This document shows, one piece after another, positions 18,881-29,248 of a DNA stretch of 64,000 nucleotides (its first letter is position 1; each line of letters opens with the position of its first letter). The stretch spans positions 1,451 through 65,450 of the forward strand of contig JBFWNN010000030.1 of NCBI GenBank assembly GCA_050251035.1, written 5' to 3'. The position numbers were made by a program, and so were the translations under genes. The notes beneath the pieces are model-generated. The model saw only the letters and a list, made by a program, of their open reading frames with translations, was not told the DNA's origin and ran no database searches. The stretch comes from Parvibaculaceae bacterium (lineage in GTDB: Bacteria > Pseudomonadota > Alphaproteobacteria > Rhizobiales > Aestuariivirgaceae).

Positions 18881-19813
18881 GTGAACATGGATCACAGCCC
18901 GATACCGCTTCCGCCGCTCGACACGATCCGCGCTTTCGACACGGCGGCACGCAGCGGCAGCTTCTCCGCCGCCGCCGAGACCTTGAACCTGACCCATGGC
19001 GCGGTGAGCCGGCAGATCGCCAAGCTCGAGCGTTGGTTCGGCCATCGGCTCTTCGAGCGTCAGGCCCGCGGCGTCGCCTTGACGCCCGAAGGCCAGCGCC
19101 TTTTCCTGCGCACCACCGAGGCTCTGTCGATCATTGCCGACGGATCGGACCGCTGGGTGGAGGCGCGCGGGACGGCCGTGGTCCGCCTCTCTTCGATCCC
19201 CTCGATCAGCGGCCTCTGGCTGATGCAGAGGCTGTCAGCCTTCGAAAGCGGCGAGCCGCCCTTGCGCATCGAGCTCAGCGTGGAGCATCGCCATGTCGAT
19301 CTCGAGAGCGAGGGCGGTGATCTCGCTTTCCGCTGCGGCCGCGGGCGTGTTCCCAATCGCGTCTCGGTGCAGCTCTTCGAGGAGCTCTGCTATCCGATCG
19401 CCTCGCCTGCCTTCGCCCGTCGCATCGGACAGGGCGCCCCCGAAAGGCTGCTCGATTTCCCGCTCATCCATGATTCCGACGCCGCCGCCTGGCGCGCCTG
19501 GTTCGCCACCCAGAACATCGACTACCGGCCACGCCCGCAGGATCGCCGCTTCGAGGACTACAATCTCGTCCTCGATGCCGCCGCCCATGGGCTCGGCATA
19601 GCCCTGGCGCGCCCGCCCATGATCGAAGGCTCGCATCATGAGACCCGGGTCGTCGCGGTCGACGCCCACCGGGTCAAGAATCCTGTGTCCTACTGGCTCG
19701 ATAGGCCAGTCCGCAAGCCGCGGCCCGCCGCCATCGTGCTGGCGCGCCGGATCATGGCGGAAGCCGGCGTCGAAACCCAGGCGGCGGAGAGCTTTGTGAC
19801 GGCTGAAAGCTAA
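18881..19813 (+). CDS. LysR family regulator (GcvA-like)
   Basis: LPPLDTIRAF...SFSAAAETLNLTHGAVSRQIAKLE HTH. Confidence 0.93.
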   Translation: MNMDHSPIPLPPLDTIRAFDTAARSGSFSAAAETLNLTHGAVSRQIAKLERWFGHRLFERQARGVALTPEGQRLFLRTTEALSIIADGSDRWVEARGTAVVRLSSIPSISGLWLMQRLSAFESGEPPLRIELSVEHRHVDLESEGGDLAFRCGRGRVPNRVSVQLFEELCYPIASPAFARRIGQGAPERLLDFPLIHDSDAAAWRAWFATQNIDYRPRPQDRRFEDYNLVLDAAAHGLGIALARPPMIEGSHHETRVVAVDAHRVKNPVSYWLDRPVRKPRPAAIVLARRIMAEAGVETQAAESFVTAES

Positions 19814-19936
19814 CCTTTCGAGAAAAACAAGATTGCGGTCCCCTTGCACCCATGTCACCAATGATGCGGGACAGCAGCGATCCATGGCTATGTGTGATCG
19901 GCCGACCAAGCGGCGCCGATGCTACAGGAGGTGGAT

Positions 19937-21286
19937 GTGACCTTATTCGCTTCCCATTTCAGGACGCATTGGCGTCCGATGATCGGCGCGGCAGTTTTCG
20001 CGGCGCTTTTGCCATCTGCCACACTTGCAGCTGATTTAATCATGGCGATGGAGGAGGACCCGGCGCTCCAGCAGATCGCAGCCGAGTACTACCGTGAGAG
20101 GCATGGCGTCGAACTGGATGAGGCGTATAGGCGGCTGGCGATCCAGGACCGGGCCTCAGGCATCGAAGACGAGCTCGAGCGGGTGCTGGGTGCCCAATAT
20201 GCCGGAATCTGGTTCGATCCGAACGATCACGGCCGCCTCAAGATCGGCATGACCAAAGCCGCCATACCGGGCGAAAAGGATGTGCGCGCTGCACTCGATC
20301 GCTTGTCGCTTTCTCCCGACAGCGACCTGGTGGCGGTCCGCTTCACCGAGGCGGAGCTCGAGCGCCAGGTTGCCGCGATGAGCAAAGCGCTGTCACGCTT
20401 GCTGGACGGCGGACGCGTGACAACTGGTTACTCCACCCAGATGAACAGAGTGACGCTGACCGCGGTAAGCAACTTATCGGCCGAAGAAACCAGGCAAGTC
20501 GAGCAAGTCGGGCGGGAGCACGGCGCAATTGTCGACCGCGTGAATGTCCCGACCTTGCGCGGACAGCTGCAGTCCTGCGGCGTGCGAAAATGCAATAAGC
20601 CGTTTCGCGGCGGGCGCGAGATCATCGCATATAATCTGGGCGTCGCGCATCGCTGCACGGCGGCGTTCATCGCCCGTCACCGGGTCTCCACCAAATGGCT
20701 CGTCATGACGGCCGGCCACTGCCTGACCAGTGCAAATTTCGCGAGCTGGTGGTCGGAAGTGGAACATCCAATGCCCGGCGAGCCCACTTACAGCGGCCGG
20801 AAGCTAGGTCCCACGGATGGTTGGGTGTTTCCAGGAACGGACGCAGGCGTTATTGCGATCGCAGCGGGATTCGAGCAGTCATGGTTGGTGCCTCCCGCGC
20901 CGATGCCCTGGGTGGTCGTGAAGGGCTCCGGCCAGACGACCTACAACCCGGAATACCCGATCAAGAAGGACGGCAAAAGTTCGCTTGGGAGCATCAAATG
21001 CATTACCGGACGCGACACGGGCACGCATTGTGGTCAGGTCGTCCTGCTGGGCTTCAGCGGAAGCGTTGAAGGAATGGGGGGCAATTCCGCCACCGTCCAT
21101 AATATGGGTGTGATCGCCGCCTGTGTCGGCAAAAAGGGGGACAGTGGCGGCCCGGTCTACAAAACCAACACGGCCTACGGTATTTACTTGGGCACCTTGC
21201 CGATCGGCGACGGCTGCTTCGAGGTCTATCAGGGTATCCGTGGTGCAGAGAATGCTCTCAATGTCGATGTGCAGTTCACGCCCTGA
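19937..21286 (+). CDS. Secreted S1 serine protease, alpha-lytic/streptogrisin type, with prodomain
   Basis: TAGHC (His), GTDAG (Asp), GDSGGP (Ser); signal peptide; GTG start at 19937 after AGGAGG. Confidence 0.88.
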   Translation: MTLFASHFRTHWRPMIGAAVFAALLPSATLAADLIMAMEEDPALQQIAAEYYRERHGVELDEAYRRLAIQDRASGIEDELERVLGAQYAGIWFDPNDHGRLKIGMTKAAIPGEKDVRAALDRLSLSPDSDLVAVRFTEAELERQVAAMSKALSRLLDGGRVTTGYSTQMNRVTLTAVSNLSAEETRQVEQVGREHGAIVDRVNVPTLRGQLQSCGVRKCNKPFRGGREIIAYNLGVAHRCTAAFIARHRVSTKWLVMTAGHCLTSANFASWWSEVEHPMPGEPTYSGRKLGPTDGWVFPGTDAGVIAIAAGFEQSWLVPPAPMPWVVVKGSGQTTYNPEYPIKKDGKSSLGSIKCITGRDTGTHCGQVVLLGFSGSVEGMGGNSATVHNMGVIAACVGKKGDSGGPVYKTNTAYGIYLGTLPIGDGCFEVYQGIRGAENALNVDVQFTP

Positions 21287-21349
21287 TAATTAGAGAATCT
21301 GCTGTCCTGATCGTGTGTTACGGCCATTACCGCCTGGAATGATCGAACT

Positions 21350-21371
21350 AGATGGAAAATCCCTTCCATCT
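21350..21371. terminator. Hairpin between the convergent protease and thrS genes
   Basis: agatggaa aatccc ttccatct, 8-bp stem in an AT-rich spacer. Confidence 0.4.
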
Positions 21372-21425
21372 CATATGGTTGTGAGTGTTTTCTGTTGCAT
21401 CAAGACACCAATCTTACCGAAACCT

Positions 21426-23390
21426 CTATGCCAGGTTTTCACGTTTCACATCAGGTGGCGTCGCTTCCTCGGTGAGCTGCTTGATCACCTCATCGAGGGT
21501 GAGCGACTGCTGCGCCTGCGAGCCGAGCCGGCGGACATTGAGCGTGCCCTCCTCCGTCTCGCGCTTGCCGGCGACCAGGATGACAGGGATCTTCGCCACC
21601 GAATGCTCGCGCACCTTGTAGTTGATCTTCTCGTTGCGCAGGTCAGTCTCGACCCTGAGGCCCGCCCGGGTGAGCGCCGCCGCGACCTTGCGCGCATAGT
21701 CGTCGGCATCGGAGACGATGGTGGTGACCACCACCTGCACTGGCGCCAGCCAGAGCGGGAAATGCCCGGCGAAATTTTCTATCAGCATGCCGAGGAACCG
21801 CTCCATCGACCCGCATATGGCCCGATGCACCATGACCGGCATCTTCTTCTGGCCGTCGGCATCGATGTAATAGGCACCGAAACGTTCCGGCAGGTTGAAG
21901 TCGACCTGGGTCGTTCCGCACTGCCATTCCCGGCCGATCGCATCGCGCAGCGTGTATTCGAATTTGGGCCCGTAGAATGTGCCCTCGCCCGGATTGACGC
22001 CGGTCTTGATGCGCCCGCCCGACTCACGCGAAATCTTGTCGAGCACGCGGGTCAGCACATCCTCGGCATGGTCCCACATCGCATCGGTGCCGACGCGCTT
22101 TTCCGGTCGTGTCGCCAGCTTTACGACGAATTCCGTGAAACCGAAATCGGCATAGACCGACAGGATGAGGTCGTTGATCTTGAGGCATTCCTCGGCGAGC
22201 TGGTCTTCGGTGCAGAAGACATGCGCATCGTCCTGGGTGAAGCCCCTGACCCGCATCAGCCCATGCAGCGCGCCGGACGGCTCATAGCGGTGAACCGCGC
22301 CGAATTCGGCAAGCCTGATAGGAAGATCGCGGTAGGACTTGAGGCCATGCTTGAATATCTGGATATGCCCGGGGCAGTTCATGGGCTTGAGGGCAAAGAC
22401 CCGCTGGTCCTCGGCATCGTCGCCCGCGGTCTGCACCTTGAACATGTTTTCGCGGTACCAGCCCCAATGGCCCGAGGTCTCCCACAGGACCTTATCGAGG
22501 ACCTGCGGCGCGTTGACCTCATTATAGTCGGCCCTGAGCCTGCGGCGCATATAGGCGATGAGGGCTTGGAACAGCGTCCAGCCCTTGGGATGCCAGAAGA
22601 CCACGCCCGGCCCTTCTTCCTGGAAGTGGAACAGGTCCATCTCGCGGCCCAAACGGCGATGATCGCGCTTTTCCGCCTCTTCGAGCGCCGTCAGATAGGT
22701 CTGCAGGTCCTTGTCATTGGCCCAGGCGGTGCCATAGATGCGGGTGAGCATCGGATTTTTGGCATCGCCGCGCCAATAGGCGCCCGCCACCTTCATCAGC
22801 TTGAAAGCGGAGCCGATCTTGCCGGTCGAGGTCATATGTGGACCACGGCAGAGATCTATCCAGCCGCCTTGGTCGTAGAATTTGATCTCCTGGCCTTGCG
22901 GTATGGCGTCGACCAGCTCGACCTTGAACAACTCCCCTCTTGACTTGAAGAATTCCTTCGCCGCTTCACGTGAAACGATTCGTTTAGAAAATGGACGGTC
23001 GCGGGCGATGATTTCCCGCATTTTCTTCTCGATCGCCGGAAAATCCTCAGGGGTGAACGGCTCGTTGCGGAAAAAATCGTAATAGAAGCCGTTCTCGATC
23101 ACCGGGCCGATCGTCACCTGGGTGCCGGGATGAAGCTCCTGGACGGCCTCGGCCAGCACATGGGCCGCGTCATGGCGGATGAGTTCCAGCGCCTCGGCGT
23201 CGTCGCGAGTGATGATTCGCACCTTCGCATCCCCGGTGATCGGGTCGGCGAGATCGGTCAGGACCCCGTCCCTCATCAGGGCGACGGCCTTTTTTTCGAG
23301 CGATTTGGAAATCGAAGCGGCGAGTTCGCTGCCGGTCAATCCCGCTTGCACCTGGCGCACAGCGCCATCGGGAAAGGTGAGGTTTATCAT
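21426..23390 (-). CDS. thrS: Threonine--tRNA ligase
   Basis: TGS domain, [45 protein letters not shown]; ATG 23390 with AGGAG RBS. Confidence 0.98.
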   Translation of the reverse strand: MINLTFPDGAVRQVQAGLTGSELAASISKSLEKKAVALMRDGVLTDLADPITGDAKVRIITRDDAEALELIRHDAAHVLAEAVQELHPGTQVTIGPVIENGFYYDFFRNEPFTPEDFPAIEKKMREIIARDRPFSKRIVSREAAKEFFKSRGELFKVELVDAIPQGQEIKFYDQGGWIDLCRGPHMTSTGKIGSAFKLMKVAGAYWRGDAKNPMLTRIYGTAWANDKDLQTYLTALEEAEKRDHRRLGREMDLFHFQEEGPGVVFWHPKGWTLFQALIAYMRRRLRADYNEVNAPQVLDKVLWETSGHWGWYRENMFKVQTAGDDAEDQRVFALKPMNCPGHIQIFKHGLKSYRDLPIRLAEFGAVHRYEPSGALHGLMRVRGFTQDDAHVFCTEDQLAEECLKINDLILSVYADFGFTEFVVKLATRPEKRVGTDAMWDHAEDVLTRVLDKISRESGGRIKTGVNPGEGTFYGPKFEYTLRDAIGREWQCGTTQVDFNLPERFGAYYIDADGQKKMPVMVHRAICGSMERFLGMLIENFAGHFPLWLAPVQVVVTTIVSDADDYARKVAAALTRAGLRVETDLRNEKINYKVREHSVAKIPVILVAGKRETEEGTLNVRRLGSQAQQSLTLDEVIKQLTEEATPPDVKRENLA

Positions 23391-23402
23391 GATGTTACTC
23401 CT

Positions 23403-23431
23403 GCTCACTCCTGCATACGCGGCAGGTAAGC
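23403..23431 (-). promoter_or_regulatory. Putative thrS translational operator (tRNA-Thr anticodon mimic)
   Basis: mRNA GCUUAC-CUGC-[CGCGUAU]-GCAG-GA-GUGAGC directly 5' of the SD AGGAG. Confidence 0.6.
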
Positions 23432-23509
23432 GTCATATGTTGCGGCGCCGCTTATGGCAGCGCTTGCGCCCCCGGTCAACCGTGGCGGATGATCGCCGGC
23501 GGGGCGAAT

Positions 23510-23532
23510 ATGGTTAATAACGCCTCGTTAAC
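23510..23532. promoter_or_regulatory. CtrA half-site plus near-consensus box upstream of the OMP gene
   Basis: atggttaa (23510-23517) and ataa cgcctcg ttaac (23517-23532). Confidence 0.55.
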
Positions 23533-23584
23533 CTTAACAAGTCATGTTTCCCGACTGAACTGCAAGGCAACTCAGGGGTGACTT

Positions 23585-24292
23585 ATGACTAAATTTCTTC
23601 TTCGCCTGACTCTCTGCACGGCTGCGCTCGCCGCCGTGACCACGACAGTGGCCAATGCCGCCGACTATGAGCCGCCGCCGCCTCCCGAGGAGAGCTGGAC
23701 CGGGCCCTATATCGGCGCCATCATCATGGGGGTCGGCGTCGAAAGCGCCTATGACGCGGTCTGCGACATTCCCGAAGAATGCACCATCGATCCGGAAATG
23801 AGCGGCTTCACCTGGGGCGGTGGCGTTCTCGCCGGTTTCAATTTCGAGCTTGGTGACGGCTTCCTCCTCGGCGTCGAGGGCGACTGGAGCTGGGCCGGCA
23901 AGGTCGATAATGACGACCCGGGCGAAGCGACCGAAATGGAGATCAACGACATCGCCACGCTGCGCGCCCGTGCCGGTTACATCTTCGGTGACGACACGCT
24001 CTTCTACGCTACCGGCGGCGCGGCCTGGGTGAGGACGACCTTCGGCGGCGAAGTCGGCCCGGTGGGCCCGGGGCGTGACTTCATCGACGACAGCAAATGG
24101 ACGACGGGCTGGACGATCGGCGGCGGCATCGAGCATGCCTTCAATGAAAGCCTGCATGCCCGCCTCGAATATCTCTACATCGACCTCGGCAAAGAGGATT
24201 ATGACCTGGATGTCGGCACGGTCTTCCTCGACTTCGAAGGCCTGCATTTGATCCGGGCCGGCCTCACCTACAATTTCGGCAACCTCTTCTGA
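23585..24292 (+). CDS. Outer membrane beta-barrel protein (Omp25/RopB family)
   Basis: Signal peptide ANAAD, SWTGPYIG, TLRARAGY, GWTIGGGIE, C-terminal Phe. Confidence 0.88.
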   Translation: MTKFLLRLTLCTAALAAVTTTVANAADYEPPPPPEESWTGPYIGAIIMGVGVESAYDAVCDIPEECTIDPEMSGFTWGGGVLAGFNFELGDGFLLGVEGDWSWAGKVDNDDPGEATEMEINDIATLRARAGYIFGDDTLFYATGGAAWVRTTFGGEVGPVGPGRDFIDDSKWTTGWTIGGGIEHAFNESLHARLEYLYIDLGKEDYDLDVGTVFLDFEGLHLIRAGLTYNFGNLF

Positions 24293-24389
24293 ATGAAGAC
24301 CCGGTCGGCCGACAGCCGACTTGAGTAATCCCTGGTAAGTTGCTTAATTGCCTGCAGCCTGAGGCGTCGGCGTCTATCGCCGGCGCCTT

Positions 24390-24704
24390 TTATTTTTGCC
24401 GCCAGGGGACATGCCGCCAGGCCCGCCAATCGGCATGGGGGAAGTTCCGCGGCACCGGGTCGAAGCCCTCCCCGCCCCAGGGATGACAGCGTGATACGCG
24501 GGCGAGGCCGAGCCAGAAACCGGCCCAGGCGCCATGACGTCCGATCGCTTCCGCGGCATAGTCCGAGCAGGTCGGCAGATAGCGGCAGCGCCGGCCGAGG
24601 ACCAATGATACCGTCAGTTGATAGATGCGGATGAGGCCCAGCAAGATGAGTGCCGCCGGCCCCCTCGCCTGTCGCTTTTCCGTTTCATCATGACGTTCGC
24701 ACAT
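24390..24704 (-). CDS. yidD: Membrane protein insertion efficiency factor
   Basis: [29 protein letters not shown]. Confidence 0.93.
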   Translation of the reverse strand: MCERHDETEKRQARGPAALILLGLIRIYQLTVSLVLGRRCRYLPTCSDYAAEAIGRHGAWAGFWLGLARVSRCHPWGGEGFDPVPRNFPHADWRAWRHVPWRQK

Positions 24705-24757
24705 CTGGTTTGGTCTTCAAGCCGCGTAGAGTTGCGCTCTCAATCCTGGAGATAGGC

Positions 24758-26308
24758 ATGCCCGAGGCCAAGCCCAATATCCTGTTCATCATGGCCGATC
24801 AGCTCGCGGCGCGCTACCTCGGGGCCTATGGCCACCGCCTGGTGAAGACGCCCCATCTCGACCGTCTGGCCGCCGAGGGCGTGGTGTTCGAGAACGCCTA
24901 TACGACGAGCCCGCTCTGCGCGCCGGCCCGCGCGACGGTGATGAACGGGCTCCTGCCCTCGCGCACCGGCGTCTACGACAATGCCGCGGAATTCCCGTCC
25001 GCCATTCCGACCTGGGCCCATTATCTGCGGCTCGCGGGCTACCGCACCAGCTTGTCGGGCAAGATGCATTTCGTCGGTCCCGACCAGTTGCACGGGCTCG
25101 AAGAACGCCTGACCACCGACATCTATCCGGCGGATTTCGGCTGGACCCCCGATTGGCGCCTGCGCCAGGAGCGCATCGACTGGTGGTACCACAACATGAC
25201 CTCGGTTCTGCAGCCGGGCGTTGCCGAGATCACCAATCAGCTCGAATATGACGACGAGGCGGCGTTCCTCGCCACCCGCAAGATCTATGATTATGCCCGC
25301 TACGAGGCCGGAACGCCCTTCTGCCTGATGGTCTCCTTCACCCATCCGCACGACCCTTATGCGGCGCGCGCGAAGTTCTGGTCGCTCTATCGCGACGAGG
25401 ACATCGACCTGCCGTCGCTCGCGCCCTTTTCCAGGGACGAGCTCGATCCGCACAGCCGCCGTCTCTACGAGATGTCGGCCATGGATGATTATGTGGTGAC
25501 GGAAGCGGATGTGCGCGCCGCCCGGCACGGCTACTACGCCAACATCTCCTATGTCGACGATCTCATCGGCCAGCTCACGGCGGCGCTCGCCGCGGCCGGA
25601 CAATTGGACAACACCGTCATCGTCTTCACCTCGGATCATGGCGATTTCCTTGGCGAGCGCGGCCTCTGGTACAAGATGTCGTTCCTCGAGCCGTCTGCGC
25701 ATGTGCCCCTGGTCATCTGGGCGCCGAAGCGCTTCGCGGCGCGCCGGGTCAAGGAGCCGGTGACGCTCGCCGACATCCTCCCGACCTTTGTCGATCTCGG
25801 CAGCGACGGCAAAGCCGGTCTCGCCCGCAAGGTCGACGGCCGGAGTCTCCATTCCTTGCTGGAAGGTGCGCGCGAGAAACCGGAGGCGACCGCCTGGGGC
25901 GAATACTTGGCCGAAGGTGCGGTGGCCCCGCTCTATATGCTGAGGCGCGGCACGTGGAAATTCATCCACACGCCGGTCGATCCGGATCAGCTCTTCGATC
26001 TCGCCGCCGATCCCGACGAGCGTGTCAACCTCGCCGGCGCCCCCGAGCACTGCGCCCTGGCCCGGTCGTTCCGCCGCGAGGTCGAGACGGCTTTCGACAT
26101 CCCGCGCATCACACAGGCCGTGCTGGAAAGCCAGCAGGCCCGCCTCATGATGTTCGAGGCCTTGCGGCGCGGCGCGCATTTCCCCTGGGACTTCCAGCCG
26201 CTGCGCGATGCGTCCGAGCAATATACCCGCAACCACATGTCGGTGACCGATCGCGATCTCAAGAGTCGCTTTCCGCCCGCGCCCGACGTTACGGACCGGA
26301 AACGTTGA
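24758..26308 (+). CDS. betC: Choline-sulfatase
   Basis: PNILFIMADQL, CAPAR (FGly motif), GKMHFVGPDQLHG, RLTTDIYPADFGWTPDW, WDFQP; start ATG 24758. Confidence 0.93.
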   Translation: MPEAKPNILFIMADQLAARYLGAYGHRLVKTPHLDRLAAEGVVFENAYTTSPLCAPARATVMNGLLPSRTGVYDNAAEFPSAIPTWAHYLRLAGYRTSLSGKMHFVGPDQLHGLEERLTTDIYPADFGWTPDWRLRQERIDWWYHNMTSVLQPGVAEITNQLEYDDEAAFLATRKIYDYARYEAGTPFCLMVSFTHPHDPYAARAKFWSLYRDEDIDLPSLAPFSRDELDPHSRRLYEMSAMDDYVVTEADVRAARHGYYANISYVDDLIGQLTAALAAAGQLDNTVIVFTSDHGDFLGERGLWYKMSFLEPSAHVPLVIWAPKRFAARRVKEPVTLADILPTFVDLGSDGKAGLARKVDGRSLHSLLEGAREKPEATAWGEYLAEGAVAPLYMLRRGTWKFIHTPVDPDQLFDLAADPDERVNLAGAPEHCALARSFRREVETAFDIPRITQAVLESQQARLMMFEALRRGAHFPWDFQPLRDASEQYTRNHMSVTDRDLKSRFPPAPDVTDRKR

Positions 26309-26326
26309 TCCCCGAAGGCGGGTTAT

Positions 26327-26776
26327 TCAGGCCGGGACCTTGGCCTTGGTCTTCGCTTCGATCTGGCCGACCGCGTCGACGACGGCGTCGAAAGTGAGCA
26401 GCGTCGAGGCGTGCCGGGCCTTGAAATCGCGCACCGGCAGCAGCGCCTCGAGCTCCTGCCACTTGCCGGCGGGCGGCGCAGCGCCGTCCTTGAGCATGGC
26501 ATACATCTGGGCACGCAGTTGACGCAACTCTTCGGGCGTCGAGCCGAGGACATGGCGGGCCATGATCGACGACGACGCCTGGCCGAGCGCGCAGGCCTTG
26601 ACCTCATGGCCGAAGTCGCTCACCGCCCCATCCGCCAATTTCACATCGACCGTCACCTTCGAGCCGCAGAGGCGGGATATGGCGGTTGCCGTTGCGTCGG
26701 GCGCATCGAGGCGTTGCAGCCGGGGAATATCGGCCGCGAATTCAAGGATCTTGCGATTGTAGATTTCGTTGATCAT
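26327..26776 (-). CDS. IscU/NifU-N-like Fe-S scaffold protein
   Basis: [32 protein letters not shown]. Confidence 0.88.
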   Translation of the reverse strand: MINEIYNRKILEFAADIPRLQRLDAPDATATAISRLCGSKVTVDVKLADGAVSDFGHEVKACALGQASSSIMARHVLGSTPEELRQLRAQMYAMLKDGAAPPAGKWQELEALLPVRDFKARHASTLLTFDAVVDAVGQIEAKTKAKVPA

Positions 26777-26889
26777 GCACACATTCTAGTCTGCGGGGGC
26801 CGTGCCGCAAGCCGGCTCCGGCAGGTTTGCCCCGGAAACCTGCCCATGATATGGGAACGGCCAAATTGGATGTCAAAGTGAGCCCTGAA

Positions 26890-27519
26890 ATGGATGCTGT
26901 CGTCAAGAAACTCGCGCGGGAATCGGCCCTCAAGCGCCCCTCCCAGGAGGAGGCCGAGGAGGCCGTTCGCACGCTGATCGCCTGGGCCGGCGACGATCCG
27001 ACCCGTCAGGGGCTGATCGATACGCCGCGGCGCGTGGTCAAGGCCTACAAGGAGTTCTTCCGGGGCTACAGCGAGGACCCGCTGCAGGCGCTGTCGCGCA
27101 CGTTCGACGAGGTCGAGGGCTATGACGATCTGGTCATGCTGCGCGACATCGAGTTCAACTCGCATTGCGAGCATCATATCGTTCCCTTCATCGGCCGCGC
27201 CCATGTCGCCTATCTGCCCTCGCATGCGGTGGTCGGTATTTCCAAGCTGGCGCGCGTCGTCGAGATCTATGCCCGGAGGCTCCAGACCCAGGAGACCATG
27301 ACGGCGCAGATCGCCAAGGCCATCGATAAGGCGCTCGAGCCCAAGGGCACGGCCGTCCTCATCGAGGCGGTGCATCAGTGCATGTCGCTGCGCGGCGTGA
27401 ACAAGCGCAATGTCGCGACCATCACCACCCAGTTCACCGGCGAGTTCAAGTCGAACCCGGTGCTCCAGGCCCGCTTCATGGAGCTGGTGCGTTCGCCTTC
27501 GGGTGGCTTCTCCCTCTGA
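26890..27519 (+). CDS. folE: GTP cyclohydrolase I
   Basis: [32 protein letters not shown]. Confidence 0.96.
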   Translation: MDAVVKKLARESALKRPSQEEAEEAVRTLIAWAGDDPTRQGLIDTPRRVVKAYKEFFRGYSEDPLQALSRTFDEVEGYDDLVMLRDIEFNSHCEHHIVPFIGRAHVAYLPSHAVVGISKLARVVEIYARRLQTQETMTAQIAKAIDKALEPKGTAVLIEAVHQCMSLRGVNKRNVATITTQFTGEFKSNPVLQARFMELVRSPSGGFSL

Positions 27520-27896
27520 TGGCGAAGGGCGACGAAGAGTCGACGGTCTTCGCGCCGCGCTACGACGACAAGGGACTGATCCCCGCCATCGTCACCGATG
27601 CCCGGGACGGATCCGTCGTCATGCTCGCATACATGAACGCGGAAGCGTTGCGATTGACGCTCGAAACCGGCGAGGCGCATTACTGGAGCCGGTCGCGCAA
27701 CGAGCTCTGGCGCAAGGGCGCCACCTCCGGCGACACCCAGAAGGTCGTCGACGTGAAACTCGATTGCGATCAGGACACGCTGCTTCTGTCGGTGGCGATG
27801 GCGGGACGTGGCGTCGCCTGCCACACCGGCCGCCATTCCTGCTTCTATCGCAAGGTGAGCCGCGGCTCACAAGGTTACAAGATCGAAATAATCTGA
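27519..27896 (+). CDS. hisI: Phosphoribosyl-AMP cyclohydrolase
   Basis: [29 protein letters not shown]; TGATG coupling to folE. Confidence 0.95.
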   Translation: MAKGDEESTVFAPRYDDKGLIPAIVTDARDGSVVMLAYMNAEALRLTLETGEAHYWSRSRNELWRKGATSGDTQKVVDVKLDCDQDTLLLSVAMAGRGVACHTGRHSCFYRKVSRGSQGYKIEII

Positions 27897-27934
27897 GATT
27901 TCCCGATCTTCCGTGCACGATGTAAAGTCGTGCC

Positions 27935-28777
27935 ATGAATGGGAAGGTGAGACAGGCCGTCGGGCTGGCGCTCGGCGCAGGAGCGGCGCGCGGCTGGGCG
28001 CATATCGGCGTCATCGAAAGACTCGAGGAGCATGGCATCTTCGCCTCGGCCATTGCCGGCTCCTCGATCGGCGCCCTGGCGGGCGGGCTTCACGCGGCGG
28101 GCAGGCTGTCGGCGCTGCGCGATTTCGCCTTGAGCCTGACGCGCCGGCGCGTCCTGTCGCTGCTCGACATCTCCTGGCGCGGCTCCGGCCTCATTGCCGG
28201 TGAGAGGCTGGGCGGCCTGCTCGATGATGTCGTCGGCGGCGTCAGCTTCTCCGACATGAGGATACCTTTCATCTGCATCGCCACCGAGCTCGGCACCGGC
28301 CACGAGCTGTGGTTGCGCTCGGGCCCCCTGGCGCCAGCGATCAGGGCCTCCTATGCGCTCCCCGGCGTGTTTCGTCCGGTGCGCGTCAACGGTCACTGGC
28401 TGATCGACGGCGGCGTGGTCAATCCCGTCCCGGTCGCCGCCTGCCGCGCTCTTGGCGCCAGGATGGTCATCGCCGTCAATCTCGGCGCCGAGACGGCCGC
28501 CGGCATCGCGATCCAGAATCCGCCGGACATCGCCCTGAGCGAGGGCGGCAAGATGGCGCCGAGCCTGACTTCGGTGATCGCCGCCGCCTTCAACATCACC
28601 CAGGACCGGCTGGCGCGCTCGCGTCTCGCCGGCGATCCGCCCGACATATCGATCATGCCGCGCACCAACGGCATGGGCCTGTTCGAGTTCGACAAGGCGG
28701 AAAAGGCGATCGCCGCCGGGCGCGAAGCCGTCGACCGCGCCATGCCCGACATCGAACGCGCGCTGGCGGTGCTTTAA
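27935..28777 (+). CDS. Patatin-like phospholipase (RssA-like)
   Basis: GAGAARG, GSSIG, DGG motifs. Confidence 0.9.
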   Translation: MNGKVRQAVGLALGAGAARGWAHIGVIERLEEHGIFASAIAGSSIGALAGGLHAAGRLSALRDFALSLTRRRVLSLLDISWRGSGLIAGERLGGLLDDVVGGVSFSDMRIPFICIATELGTGHELWLRSGPLAPAIRASYALPGVFRPVRVNGHWLIDGGVVNPVPVAACRALGARMVIAVNLGAETAAGIAIQNPPDIALSEGGKMAPSLTSVIAAAFNITQDRLARSRLAGDPPDISIMPRTNGMGLFEFDKAEKAIAAGREAVDRAMPDIERALAVL

Positions 28778-29208
28778 CCCGAAGACGCGATGTAGCTCTT
28801 CATCTCCTCGGCTTCGCGCTCGATCGCTTCGATGCGGTTCTTGACCACATCGCCGATCGAGATCATGCCGCCCAACTTGCCGTTCTCGACCACCGGCAGA
28901 TGGCGGACACGATGCTCGGTCATCAGCGACATGAGCTCCGCTTCGGTATCGCGCGGCGCGCATGTCCTGACCGACGCCGTCATGAATTCCCGCACCGGCT
29001 TGTCGAGCGCCGCGCCGCCGCCGGTCGCCAGCGCCCGCACGATGTCGCGCTCGGAAACGATCCCGCCGATGCGGCCCTGCGCGTCGACGATGACGACGGC
29101 GCCGATTTTCTTGGCGGCGAGGGTTTGCGCCACGGCCAATACCGTGTCGCCGGGCTGTGCGGTGATCACAGCGCGGCCCTTGGCGTTGAGAATCTGCGCA
29201 ACGGTCAT
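28774..29208 (-). CDS. CBS domain protein
   Basis: GIVSERDIVR, RVRHLPVV, ISIGDVVK. Confidence 0.92.
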   Translation of the reverse strand: MTVAQILNAKGRAVITAQPGDTVLAVAQTLAAKKIGAVVIVDAQGRIGGIVSERDIVRALATGGGAALDKPVREFMTASVRTCAPRDTEAELMSLMTEHRVRHLPVVENGKLGGMISIGDVVKNRIEAIEREAEEMKSYIASSG

Positions 29209-29248
29209 GCACACCTCCATCTTCGCTGGGGTCTACACTAACACGAAG

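Noticed and set aside
21315-22943. 542-aa ORF antisense to thrS
   Set aside because: Shadow ORF explained by codon bias; no domain signature or RBS.
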